Below the pieces are notes generated by a model. The model saw nothing but the letters and a program-made list of their open reading frames with translations. It was not told the DNA's origin and made no database searches. A stretch of DNA of 64,000 nucleotides from a candidate division FCPU426 bacterium (GTDB lineage: Bacteria > Oederibacteriota > Muellerivitia > Muellerivitales > Muellerivitaceae): positions 30,750 to 94,749 of the forward strand of contig DAIDGV010000024.1 in assembly GCA_027452205.1 (NCBI GenBank), in the 5' to 3' direction. How positions within the stretch are numbered: position 1 is the stretch's first letter; each line of letters starts with the position of its first letter. The translations under genes were made by a program, and so were the position numbers. Below are positions 1 through 7,866 of the stretch, in pieces.

Positions 1-2
1 TC

Positions 3-380
3 TTGATGGGTTTGGTGAAGAAGAACTCCATCATGTTGGTGGATTTCACCAACCAGCGCCGTGCCCAGGGAATGACCGTGCACAACGCCTTGATGGACGC
101 TTGTCCCACGCGTTTGCGCCCTATCCTGATGACCTCTTTCGCCACCATCGCCGGGGCCCTTCCAGCGGCCATCGCCTTGGGACCGGGCGCCGAGCTTCGC
201 CAACCCATGGCCATCGCGACCATCGGCGGTATCTTTTTCTCCACGATGCTGACCCTGGTGGTCATCCCCTGCGCTTACAGCCTGATGTCAGGCTTGGAAC
301 GCACGAAGGCCCACCACACGACCGGCTATGAGAAATATTCCGCCGAGAAGGAACCGAAAAAATCCAAGAAGAAAAGATAA
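3..380 (+). CDS. RND efflux transporter permease (AcrB/CzcA family), C-terminal fragment; 5' end lies outside the window
   Basis: ORF-track translation shows the typical RND C-terminal TM11-12 region (…LVDFTNQRR…MTSFATIAG…VVIPC…) followed by a lysine-rich tail. The frame is open to the window edge. Confidence 0.75.
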   Translation: MMGLVKKNSIMLVDFTNQRRAQGMTVHNALMDACPTRLRPILMTSFATIAGALPAAIALGPGAELRQPMAIATIGGIFFSTMLTLVVIPCAYSLMSGLERTKAHHTTGYEKYSAEKEPKKSKKKR

Positions 381-444
381 GGAACGAGGACCCTGGACCA
401 CGATCCCTACTTGGGGATCGTGGTTTTTTTATGCCCGGATCCGC

Positions 445-765
445 TTAAAGACCCGCGGGAATCGAGGAGGGCGTATCCACCGGCGTGGGCCGGATTTCGG
501 GAGTCGGGGTCGGAGGGCTTTTGCTCTCTTCCATTTGGGATTGGTCCAAAACCTTCAGGGCCGCCGCGTCCTTGGCGGACTCGACCGGCGCGCCAATATC
601 ACCCTCTTGGGCGCCTTTGAGCCGTGTGCCATCCACATCGTCGTTGTCGTAGGAATGGTCGGCCAGGAAGGTCGGTTTGGGACCGGGGCTTAGGCTCAGG
701 TCATCTTCCGCCCAGGTAATAAGGGGCATGCCTGTCAAAAGGATCAGCAAAAGTAGGGTTCTCAT
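445..765 (-). CDS. hypothetical small secreted protein
   Basis: 106 aa with an N-terminal hydrophobic signal-like segment (MRTLLLLILLTGMPLITWAED) and an acidic/low-complexity remainder. No recognisable family. Confidence 0.4.
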   Translation of the reverse strand: MRTLLLLILLTGMPLITWAEDDLSLSPGPKPTFLADHSYDNDDVDGTRLKGAQEGDIGAPVESAKDAAALKVLDQSQMEESKSPPTPTPEIRPTPVDTPSSIPAGL

Positions 766-840
766 TCGCCATATCCTCTCAAGTCGTTCTGTTGATATTA
801 TAGTCCCGATCGACAGTTCCTCTCACATGGAGAATACCTT

Positions 841-2388
841 TTGATCCCCGAAACCATACGACGCCGTTATCCCCTTTTTCTCTTCATCGTTCTTTACCTG
901 TTGTTCACCTTTTTTACCTTCAAGGATTTCGGCGAGACCCTGGACGAGTCGGGTGTCTATCTCCGGGGGATGGGACTTCACCAACATCTGGTCCGCGATA
1001 ACTTTCCCAGTTTGGTGGTCAGGGACCCGGGCGACGACGGCGATTTTTATGACCACTTCTACGCCATGGGTTTGAACCTGTTGGATCCGGGTCTGGACCT
1101 GGACCGATACCATTTGTTGAACCTGCTGGTCGCAACAGTGCTTTTTATCGTTCTTTTCGAATCCCTTTTAAGCCAGACCCAAAGGCCCTGGCTGAGCCTG
1201 TCCGGGCCCCTTTTCTTGTTCTTCACCCCTCGTTTCACGGGGGACATCCCTGCCAATCCGAAGGATATGCCTTTCGCCCTTTTCTATTTTCTCGCCTTGA
1301 TGGGTATTTTTCATTTCTCCCGTCGTCCAAAGGCCCCGGTTCTATGGCAAGCCTTAAGCTTGGGTCTTTTGTTCGGCCTAGCCCAATCCAGCCGAGTCTT
1401 GGGCTTCACCCTTTATCCCATCTATCTTCTTTTTGACGCCCACCGGTTTTACCACGCGAAGAACCGTTCGAACCGGGAATGGGTCGCTTATTTTCTCGAA
1501 AAGACCCAGTTATTGACGCTTGTTCTGATTGTTTCTTTCTTTTGTATGGCCGTCACTTGGCCCTATCTGGGCACTAAATTCTTCGACCATTTAAGCGAGA
1601 TCCTGGCCCTTTCCACGAGCTTTTCCTGGAACAACCCGGTCCTCTTCATGGGTCAGGAGATCTCCAGCCATGCCCTGCCTTGGACTTACTTGCCGGTCTG
1701 GTTTCTGGTCACTACACCCCTCTTCCTCTTGGCCTTCCTGGGTCTCTGGTTCCTCAAACCCCTTTCGGTGCTGAAGAACGACCTGGCCCTTTTGATGGTC
1801 CTCGCGTTGGGCTTGAACCTGGTCCTCTATTTCGGACTTCACCCCGTTCTTTATGACGGGCTTCGGCACTATCTCTTCTTTCTACCGCTTCTGGCGGCGC
1901 TGGCCTCTTTGAGTTTTATCGGTCTTTTTGAGCGCGGGAACTGGAACAGCGGCGCGAAAACCTTGGTGGTCTTGGCCTTTTTGAACTTGGCCTGGGTCGG
2001 GGTTCACATGGTCCGCTTACACCCTTATGAATACGTTTATTTCAACGAATTGACGGGGGGCTTACCCGGCGCCCAGGGCCGCTTCGAGACCGATTATTGG
2101 GGGGCCAGTTTCAAGGAAGCGGTGGAATGGCTCAGGGCCAACGAGATCAAGCCCGACCGGACCTATAAGATCAACGGCAGCGGCAATTCTTATCAGATCT
2201 TCTGTTATTTCACGCCCAACATGAAATGGGTCGATGACCCCCAAAAGGCCGACTATTACCTGTCTTTCACCCGGGACAACAAGCAAAAGCTCGCGGGCCA
2301 AAGCCCGGTGCTTCATGTGGTCCAGCGGGAAGGCGTTCCTTTGAACTATGTTTTTGACATGAAAGGATCGGGAGGCAAAAAGAAATGA
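841..2388 (+). CDS. GT-C fold polytopic membrane glycosyltransferase-like protein (PMT/ArnT-like), paralog A
   Basis: 515 aa, with about 11 predicted TM segments and an acidic FDESGVY motif in the first extracytoplasmic loop, as in the DE/DD motif of GT39/GT83 enzymes. The C-terminal soluble domain carries DYWGASFKEAVEWL. Apparent TTG start at 841, preceded by GGAG. Confidence 0.6.
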   Translation: MIPETIRRRYPLFLFIVLYLLFTFFTFKDFGETLDESGVYLRGMGLHQHLVRDNFPSLVVRDPGDDGDFYDHFYAMGLNLLDPGLDLDRYHLLNLLVATVLFIVLFESLLSQTQRPWLSLSGPLFLFFTPRFTGDIPANPKDMPFALFYFLALMGIFHFSRRPKAPVLWQALSLGLLFGLAQSSRVLGFTLYPIYLLFDAHRFYHAKNRSNREWVAYFLEKTQLLTLVLIVSFFCMAVTWPYLGTKFFDHLSEILALSTSFSWNNPVLFMGQEISSHALPWTYLPVWFLVTTPLFLLAFLGLWFLKPLSVLKNDLALLMVLALGLNLVLYFGLHPVLYDGLRHYLFFLPLLAALASLSFIGLFERGNWNSGAKTLVVLAFLNLAWVGVHMVRLHPYEYVYFNELTGGLPGAQGRFETDYWGASFKEAVEWLRANEIKPDRTYKINGSGNSYQIFCYFTPNMKWVDDPQKADYYLSFTRDNKQKLAGQSPVLHVVQREGVPLNYVFDMKGSGGKKK

Positions 2389-3911
2389 GCGCTTCTCTCC
2401 GGTCCCGCTTTCCTCTGCTGCTTTTTTTATTGGTCTATTTGACCTGGAGTTTTGGCACCTTTGGCCACTATGGGATGACCTTCGATGAATCCGGGGTCTA
2501 TGTACGCGGAATGGCCCTGGGACACTCTTTCAGCCACGAGGATACCCAGATCCTTTTCAAACACGCGCCCGACGACGGCCTGGTCATCTATGACCATTTT
2601 TATCCTTATGTTCTTTCCCTGTTGAACCCCTCCGCGGATATCGACGTTTATCATTGGCTCAACACCCTCTTCGCGCTCACCGCCTTCATCCTGCTTTTCG
2701 AATTGCTCTTGGTCCGGGTCCAAAAACCCTGGCTGGCCTTGCTGGGGCCCGTCTTTTTGGCCCTGACACCCCGTTTTTTAGGGGATATCCCCGCCAATCC
2801 CAAGGACATGCCCTTCGCGGTCTTTTATCTGCTCGCCCTGGGGCTGATCTACTTTTTCCATCAAAGATCCCGCGCCGGACTTTTGGCCCAAGCCCTCTTG
2901 TTAGGCTTGGCCTTTGGCCTGGCCGAATCCAGCCGTATCCTCGGCCTGACCCTTTTCCCGGTCTATGTCCTTTTTGACCTCCACTTCCTTTGCCGGGACC
3001 CCAAACAAGGTTGGAAAGAGTGGAAAGTCCATCTGAGGGACATGATCCTGTTGCTGACCTCGGTCTTTATCGTTTCCAGTTTCTTCCTGATAGCGACTTG
3101 GCCCTACCTGGGTTCCAACTTCTTTTTACACTTCAAGGAAGCGTTGGATATTTCCAGCGACTTTTTCTGGAAAAACCCGGTCCTCTTTTTCGGCCAAGAG
3201 ATTCCCGCGGATCATCTGCCTTGGACCTATCTTCCGGTTTGGTTCCTTTTGACCACGCCTCTTTTCATCCTCTTTTTCTGCGCTACTTCTTTCTTCTTTA
3301 TCCCGAAAATGATGAAGGACCCCCTCTATATCCTGATGGGTGTGGCGGTGACCGTGAACGGCGCTTTTTACCTTTTGTTCAAGCCCGTGCTTTATGACGG
3401 CTTGCGTCATTTCCTTTTTCTATTGCCGCTCTTGGCGGCTATCGCGGCCTTATCCGCGGCCCATTGGTTCCAAAGCGCGAAAAGGAACGGATGGTTCAAG
3501 GGTCTTCTTTTCTTGTTGGTCCTCAATATGGCGCTCGTGGGAATTCACTTGGTCCGCTTGCACCCTTACGAGTACGTCTATTTCAATGAATTGACCGGAG
3601 GACTGAAGGGCTCTTTCGGAAAGTTCGATAATGATTACTGGGGCTCCAGCTTCAAGGAAGCGGTGGAATGGCTGGAGAAGAATGAGATCACCGACCCGCG
3701 CCACACCTATAAAGTGACGGGTAGCGGCAACCGGTACCAGATCCTCTACTACTTCACGCCCAACATGGTATGGGTGGATGATCTGAAGGACGCCGATTAC
3801 TACGTTTCTTACGGCCGGGACCACAAGCAGGACCTGGCGAACCCGCTTCAATTGGTCCATCTGGTCGAACGCGAAAGAGTTCCCCTCAATTACATCTATA
3901 AGTTGAAATAG
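2385..3911 (+). CDS. GT-C fold polytopic membrane glycosyltransferase-like protein, paralog B
   Basis: 508 aa, alignable with paralog A along its whole length (FDESGVYVRGM, TPRFLGDIPANPKDMPFA, VRLHPYEYVYFNELTGGL, DYWGSSFKEAVEWL). Its ATG overlaps the upstream stop (ATGA). GGGAGG Shine-Dalgarno upstream. Confidence 0.6.
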   Translation: MSASLRSRFPLLLFLLVYLTWSFGTFGHYGMTFDESGVYVRGMALGHSFSHEDTQILFKHAPDDGLVIYDHFYPYVLSLLNPSADIDVYHWLNTLFALTAFILLFELLLVRVQKPWLALLGPVFLALTPRFLGDIPANPKDMPFAVFYLLALGLIYFFHQRSRAGLLAQALLLGLAFGLAESSRILGLTLFPVYVLFDLHFLCRDPKQGWKEWKVHLRDMILLLTSVFIVSSFFLIATWPYLGSNFFLHFKEALDISSDFFWKNPVLFFGQEIPADHLPWTYLPVWFLLTTPLFILFFCATSFFFIPKMMKDPLYILMGVAVTVNGAFYLLFKPVLYDGLRHFLFLLPLLAAIAALSAAHWFQSAKRNGWFKGLLFLLVLNMALVGIHLVRLHPYEYVYFNELTGGLKGSFGKFDNDYWGSSFKEAVEWLEKNEITDPRHTYKVTGSGNRYQILYYFTPNMVWVDDLKDADYYVSYGRDHKQDLANPLQLVHLVERERVPLNYIYKLK

Positions 3912-4490
3912 TTATTCGGGCTGGTCGCCGTTGAGTTCCCGCATGGCCGCATCGGCGCCTTGAGCGAGGAAGATTTCCACGCCTTCGGCGGCCCGATGGA
4001 TCGCCTTTTCGATCTTTTCCTTATCGTCCGGCGCGAAACCCGAAAGGACATGGTTGGGACCCTCGTTGGCGCTAGGCGGCTTTCCCACCCCCAACCGCAG
4101 CCGAGGAAAATCTTTCGAGTTCAAATGGGTAATGACCGAATCCAATCCATGGTGGCCGCCGGACCCGCCCGTGGTCTTCAGGCGCAACCGGCCCACCGGA
4201 AGGTCCAGGTCATCGGACACCACCAAGATCTGCTTGGGCGCGATCTGCCGGTAACGGGCGAAAGGCCCCACAGCCCGGCCCGACTCGTTCATGTAAGTTT
4301 GCGGGAAGAACAAGAACACCTCATGGTTCTCATGGGTGAAGCTTCCCCAGATCGCCTCGTCCTTTTCCTTGAGTTTGACGTTATGTTTCACCACGAGCTC
4401 TTCCACCACGCGGAAACCCACGTTGTGCCGGGTGTTGCGGTAATTTTCGCCCGGATTACCCAGGCCGACAATGAGGTAAGGAATTCCCAT
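3912..4490 (-). CDS. pth: peptidyl-tRNA hydrolase
   Basis: 192 aa; N-terminal LIVGLGNPG…YxxTRHNVGF motif and overall Pth family similarity. Confidence 0.9.
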   Translation of the reverse strand: MGIPYLIVGLGNPGENYRNTRHNVGFRVVEELVVKHNVKLKEKDEAIWGSFTHENHEVFLFFPQTYMNESGRAVGPFARYRQIAPKQILVVSDDLDLPVGRLRLKTTGGSGGHHGLDSVITHLNSKDFPRLRLGVGKPPSANEGPNHVLSGFAPDDKEKIEKAIHRAAEGVEIFLAQGADAAMRELNGDQPE

Positions 4491-4525
4491 GACGGTTATT
4501 TTAGGTCCTTAAGGAAGTACGGAAA

Positions 4526-4558
4526 TAAAAAAAGCCACCCCGGAAGGACCGGGATGGC
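4526..4558 (-). terminator. rho-independent terminator downstream of rplY
   Basis: Minus-strand RNA GAGCCAUCCCGG-UCCUUC-CGGGGUGGC followed by UUUUUUU. A 10-bp stem with one G·U pair. Confidence 0.6.
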
Positions 4559-4581
4559 TCTGGAATGACTTAAAGTGCGGC

Positions 4582-5310
4582 TTATTTCTTCTCAGCGGGC
4601 TTCTTGTCGCCGGCCTTCGCGTCGGCCGCCGGGGCTTCTTCCTTCTTCTTGGCGGTGAGCACTTCGGGTTCAGCGGCACCAGCGGCAGGAGCCGCGGCAG
4701 CGGCACCTTCAGCGCCCGGAGCGGCGGCTTTGACTTCTTCCGCCATCTGTTGGGCGACCGAGACGACGACCGAGCCGCCGGCTTGGACGGCTTTGACGCC
4801 TTCCGGCAGTTTCAGGTCGGAAACGTGGACCGAGTTGCCGATGACCAAGGAAGTGACATCCACTTGGATGGATTCCGGGACCTCGGTGGGCAAACATTGG
4901 ACTTCAACGGTGCGCAACATGGTCTGGAGAACGCCGCCAGCCTTGACACCCTCGCAGATGTCGCTATTTAGGATGCGGATCGGCACCTTGATGCGGATCT
5001 TTTCTTTCATGTTGATCTTATGGAAATCCGCGTGCAACACGCGGTTGCTGATCTTGTTGTATTGGATCTCTTTCACCACGGCCAGGACATTGCTTTCCTT
5101 GGCGCCTTCGATATTCAAGGCGAAGAAAATGTTCTCGCCCTTGGCGGAAGAAAGGATCTTGGTGAATTCCTTCTCGACGATCTCGATGGATTGGTTCTCT
5201 TCTTTATGACCGTAGATCTCAGCGGGCACAACGCCTTCGTTACGGCTGCGGCGGGCGCGGCTGCTGCCACGGGATTGACGGATTTTAGCGGACAAAGGTA
5301 CTTGTTTCAT
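4582..5310 (-). CDS. rplY: 50S ribosomal protein L25 / general stress protein Ctc
   Basis: 242 aa; L25/Ctc N-terminal domain (…RNEGVVPAEIYGH…) with an Ala/Lys-rich C-terminal extension. GGAG Shine-Dalgarno upstream. Confidence 0.85.
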   Translation of the reverse strand: MKQVPLSAKIRQSRGSSRARRSRNEGVVPAEIYGHKEENQSIEIVEKEFTKILSSAKGENIFFALNIEGAKESNVLAVVKEIQYNKISNRVLHADFHKINMKEKIRIKVPIRILNSDICEGVKAGGVLQTMLRTVEVQCLPTEVPESIQVDVTSLVIGNSVHVSDLKLPEGVKAVQAGGSVVVSVAQQMAEEVKAAAPGAEGAAAAAPAAGAAEPEVLTAKKKEEAPAADAKAGDKKPAEKK

Positions 5311-5368
5311 TTCGGCACGACTCCATGATTAGATGCCGTAGCGGCCTAGGCTCGCCACGAAAAGTTGC

Positions 5369-6340
5369 TTAGCGAGGATCAAGATTCTCGAACAAGGAAC
5401 TGATCGACTGTTCATTGTGGATACGCATGATCGCATCCCCCAGCAAGGGGCCCACCGGGAGGACCGTGATCTTAGGGACCCGTTTCTCCGGAGGGAGGGG
5501 AATACTATCGGTAATGATGACTTCTTTCAAGGGCGAATTTTGCAGGTTTTGCACGGCGTTTCCCGACAAAATGCCATGGCTACAGCAGGCATAGACCTCG
5601 GTAGCGCCGGCCTTCAGGATGGCCCCAACCGCTTGTACCATCGACCCGCCGGTGGAGATCATGTCGTCGGGAATAAGGACTGAACGGCCCTTCACTTCCC
5701 CGATCAGGTTCATCACTTCCACCTCGTTGGGCCCCCAGCGGCGCTTATCGACCACCGCCAAGTCCGTCCCCAGGGCCTTCGCGAAGGCGCGGGCCATCTT
5801 GATACCGCCCACGTCCGGGGAAACTACCATCAGGTCCTTCAGGTTCTTCTGGCGGACATAGTTCACGATGACCGGCAGGGCGTAAAGATGGTCCACCGGG
5901 ATGTCGAAGAAACCCTGGATCTGCTGGGCGTGAAGGTCCATCGAAAGCACCCGGTCCGCGCCGGCGGTGGTGATGATATTGGCCATCAGTTTGGCCGTAA
6001 TGGGCACCCGGGGCTGGTCTTTGCGGTCCTGGCGGGCGTAACCGTAATAAGGAAGCACGGCAGTGATACGGCGGGCGGAGGCCCGGCGGAAAGCGTCAAT
6101 CATGATGAGCAATTCGATGACGTTATCGTTCACCGGCGGGCAGGTAGGTTGGACGATGAAGATGTCCCGGCCGCGCACATCCTCGTTGATCTTGATGCGG
6201 ATCTCGCCCTCGGAAAAGCGGCTGACCATCAGGTCGCCCAGGGGAACTTTCAGGAACTCACAGATCTTCTTGGCCAGGTCCGGGTTGGCGGTCCCGCTGA
6301 AGATTTTCAACCCATTGATCGCAGTGGAGCTCGGATTCAT
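5369..6340 (-). CDS. prs: ribose-phosphate pyrophosphokinase (PRPP synthetase)
   Basis: Canonical Prs motifs are present (…IFSGTANPDLAKKI…, …PYYGYARQDRK…, …DLHAQQIQGFFDIPVDHL…). The start is most likely the internal ATG at 6340, which is preceded by AAGGAA. The ORF track instead extends the frame to 6433. Confidence 0.88.
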   Translation of the reverse strand: MNPSSTAINGLKIFSGTANPDLAKKICEFLKVPLGDLMVSRFSEGEIRIKINEDVRGRDIFIVQPTCPPVNDNVIELLIMIDAFRRASARRITAVLPYYGYARQDRKDQPRVPITAKLMANIITTAGADRVLSMDLHAQQIQGFFDIPVDHLYALPVIVNYVRQKNLKDLMVVSPDVGGIKMARAFAKALGTDLAVVDKRRWGPNEVEVMNLIGEVKGRSVLIPDDMISTGGSMVQAVGAILKAGATEVYACCSHGILSGNAVQNLQNSPLKEVIITDSIPLPPEKRVPKITVLPVGPLLGDAIMRIHNEQSISSLFENLDPR

Positions 6341-6464
6341 GTTCGTTCCTTGTTCTTGATTGACCGACAAATGGCTGAGACCCACGGAGGTGGAGAAAGG
6401 AGGGTATCGTGGGGAAACAGAGTTTAAACCCAAAAAGCGGCGAATTCAAAAATTTTATGCGGCT

Positions 6465-7820
6465 CTAACTCCTCTTTTTAACGAAAGGCTTGGCCGGCAC
6501 CCCAACCACCGTTTTGCCCGTGGGCACATCCTTCGTCACCACCGACCCGGCCCCGATGACCGCGCCTTTGCCGATGACTACCGGCGCCACCAGAGTGCTA
6601 TTGCTGCCTAAGAAGACCTTATCCCCGATCTTGGAATGGTGTTTGTTCTTGCCATCGTAATTGGCGAACACACAGCCCGCGCCCACGTTCACATCCTTAC
6701 CCAAATGAGCGTCGCCGATATAGGAAAAATGTCCCGCTTTGCTGCCCGAGGCCAAATGGGCGTTCTTCAGTTCCGTGCCCGTGCCCACATGAACGTTCTT
6801 ATCCAGCACCGACCCGCCCCGGATGTGGGCGAAGGGACCGGCGTCCGAATTGTCGCCCAGAGTGCTTTCGCTGATCCTCGAGGAACGAACCACCACGTTC
6901 TTGCCTAACTTGGCCGAGTTCAAATGGCTACCCGACCCGATATGGCAATTTTCCCCGAGGACCGTCCGGCCCAAAAGTTGCACATTGCCTTCGATGATGG
7001 AATCTTTGCCGATAAGGGTCTGGGCGCTCACTTCGACCGACCCAGGATGAAGAAAGGTCACGCCTTCCCTTTGGTGCTCTTCGATCCGGCGTAAGTTCAG
7101 CAACCGATGGGCTTCGGCCAATTGCTCCCGGTCGTTCACGCCCAAAACTTCGGTGGCGTCAGGCACCATTAGGGCGTGCACTTTCCCCCCCTGGTTGATG
7201 AGGTAATGGATGGTATCCGTCAGGTAATATTCTTTTTTCGCGTTATTGGCTTTCAGCTTGCCGAGAGCCTCGACCAGCTTGGCGGTCTTGAAGATATAAA
7301 GGCCGGCATTGATCTCATTGATGGCCAGCTCTTCCTCGCTGGCATCCTTGTGTTCCACGATGCTGTTCACCGTGCCATCCTCATGGCGGACGATGCGGCC
7401 ATAACCGAAGGGATCGGCCACCCGGGCGCTCAACAAAGCCGCCTCACCGCCCTGGACCTGATGGAATTGCCGTAAGGCCTGCACCGTCTGGGGCTGGGTC
7501 AAAGGCGCGTCCCCATAAAGGATGACCACATTGCCGCCGGATTTCTTAAGGAAAGGAACTACCTGTTGAACAGCGTGACCCGTGCCCAAGCGCTGCTTTT
7601 GCACCACCGGGATCGCCCGGTCGCCGATATAGCCGATGACCTCTTCGGCATGGGCGCCGACCACCACATAGATCTTTTGGGGGTTCAGGGCTTCGGCGTT
7701 CTCGAGGGCGTAATCGATCATGGGCTGGCCGCCCAGGGGATGGAGGACCTTGGGGAGTTTGGAGTTCATGCGGGTGCCCTCGCCCGCCGCTAAGATGATC
7801 GCCGTCAAGGACTGAGCCAC
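6465..7820 (-). CDS. glmU: bifunctional UDP-N-acetylglucosamine pyrophosphorylase / glucosamine-1-phosphate N-acetyltransferase
   Basis: 451 aa; N-terminal LAAGEGTRMNSKLPKVLHPLGG nucleotidyltransferase motif and C-terminal left-handed beta-helix hexapeptide repeats. GGGAGG Shine-Dalgarno. Confidence 0.9.
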   Translation of the reverse strand: MAQSLTAIILAAGEGTRMNSKLPKVLHPLGGQPMIDYALENAEALNPQKIYVVVGAHAEEVIGYIGDRAIPVVQKQRLGTGHAVQQVVPFLKKSGGNVVILYGDAPLTQPQTVQALRQFHQVQGGEAALLSARVADPFGYGRIVRHEDGTVNSIVEHKDASEEELAINEINAGLYIFKTAKLVEALGKLKANNAKKEYYLTDTIHYLINQGGKVHALMVPDATEVLGVNDREQLAEAHRLLNLRRIEEHQREGVTFLHPGSVEVSAQTLIGKDSIIEGNVQLLGRTVLGENCHIGSGSHLNSAKLGKNVVVRSSRISESTLGDNSDAGPFAHIRGGSVLDKNVHVGTGTELKNAHLASGSKAGHFSYIGDAHLGKDVNVGAGCVFANYDGKNKHHSKIGDKVFLGSNSTLVAPVVIGKGAVIGAGSVVTKDVPTGKTVVGVPAKPFVKKRS

Positions 7821-7866
7821 TTGACCCTCCCAAAGTGAAGAAGATGGGCCCTATGATAACCGAGGA

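Noticed and set aside
3905-3915. Abutting convergent stop codons of GT-C paralog B and pth as a sign of mis-assembly
   Set aside because: Both ORFs are full length with intact C-terminal conserved regions. Convergent genes sharing or abutting stop codons occur in compact genomes.
3960-4568. 202-aa plus-strand ORF, and many similar long antisense ORFs (e.g. 32338-33564, 38008-39390, 61130-62719, 49637-50938, 15554-16294, 17349-17936)
   Set aside because: All lie entirely inside well-supported conserved genes on the opposite strand (pth, pnp, infB, dnaK, proS, MBOAT, FkbH-like). High GC content generates long spurious antisense frames. Their translations are Arg/Gly/Pro-rich low-complexity sequences with no family resemblance.
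4582-5310. Ala/Lys-rich C-terminal tail of L25 as a novelty
   Set aside because: Long Ctc-type and low-complexity C-terminal extensions of L25 are common in many bacteria.
6341-6433. N-terminal 31-codon extension of prs given in the ORF track
   Set aside because: An internal ATG at 6340 is preceded by AAGGAA at ideal spacing. From that ATG the protein begins with a normal Prs N-terminus.
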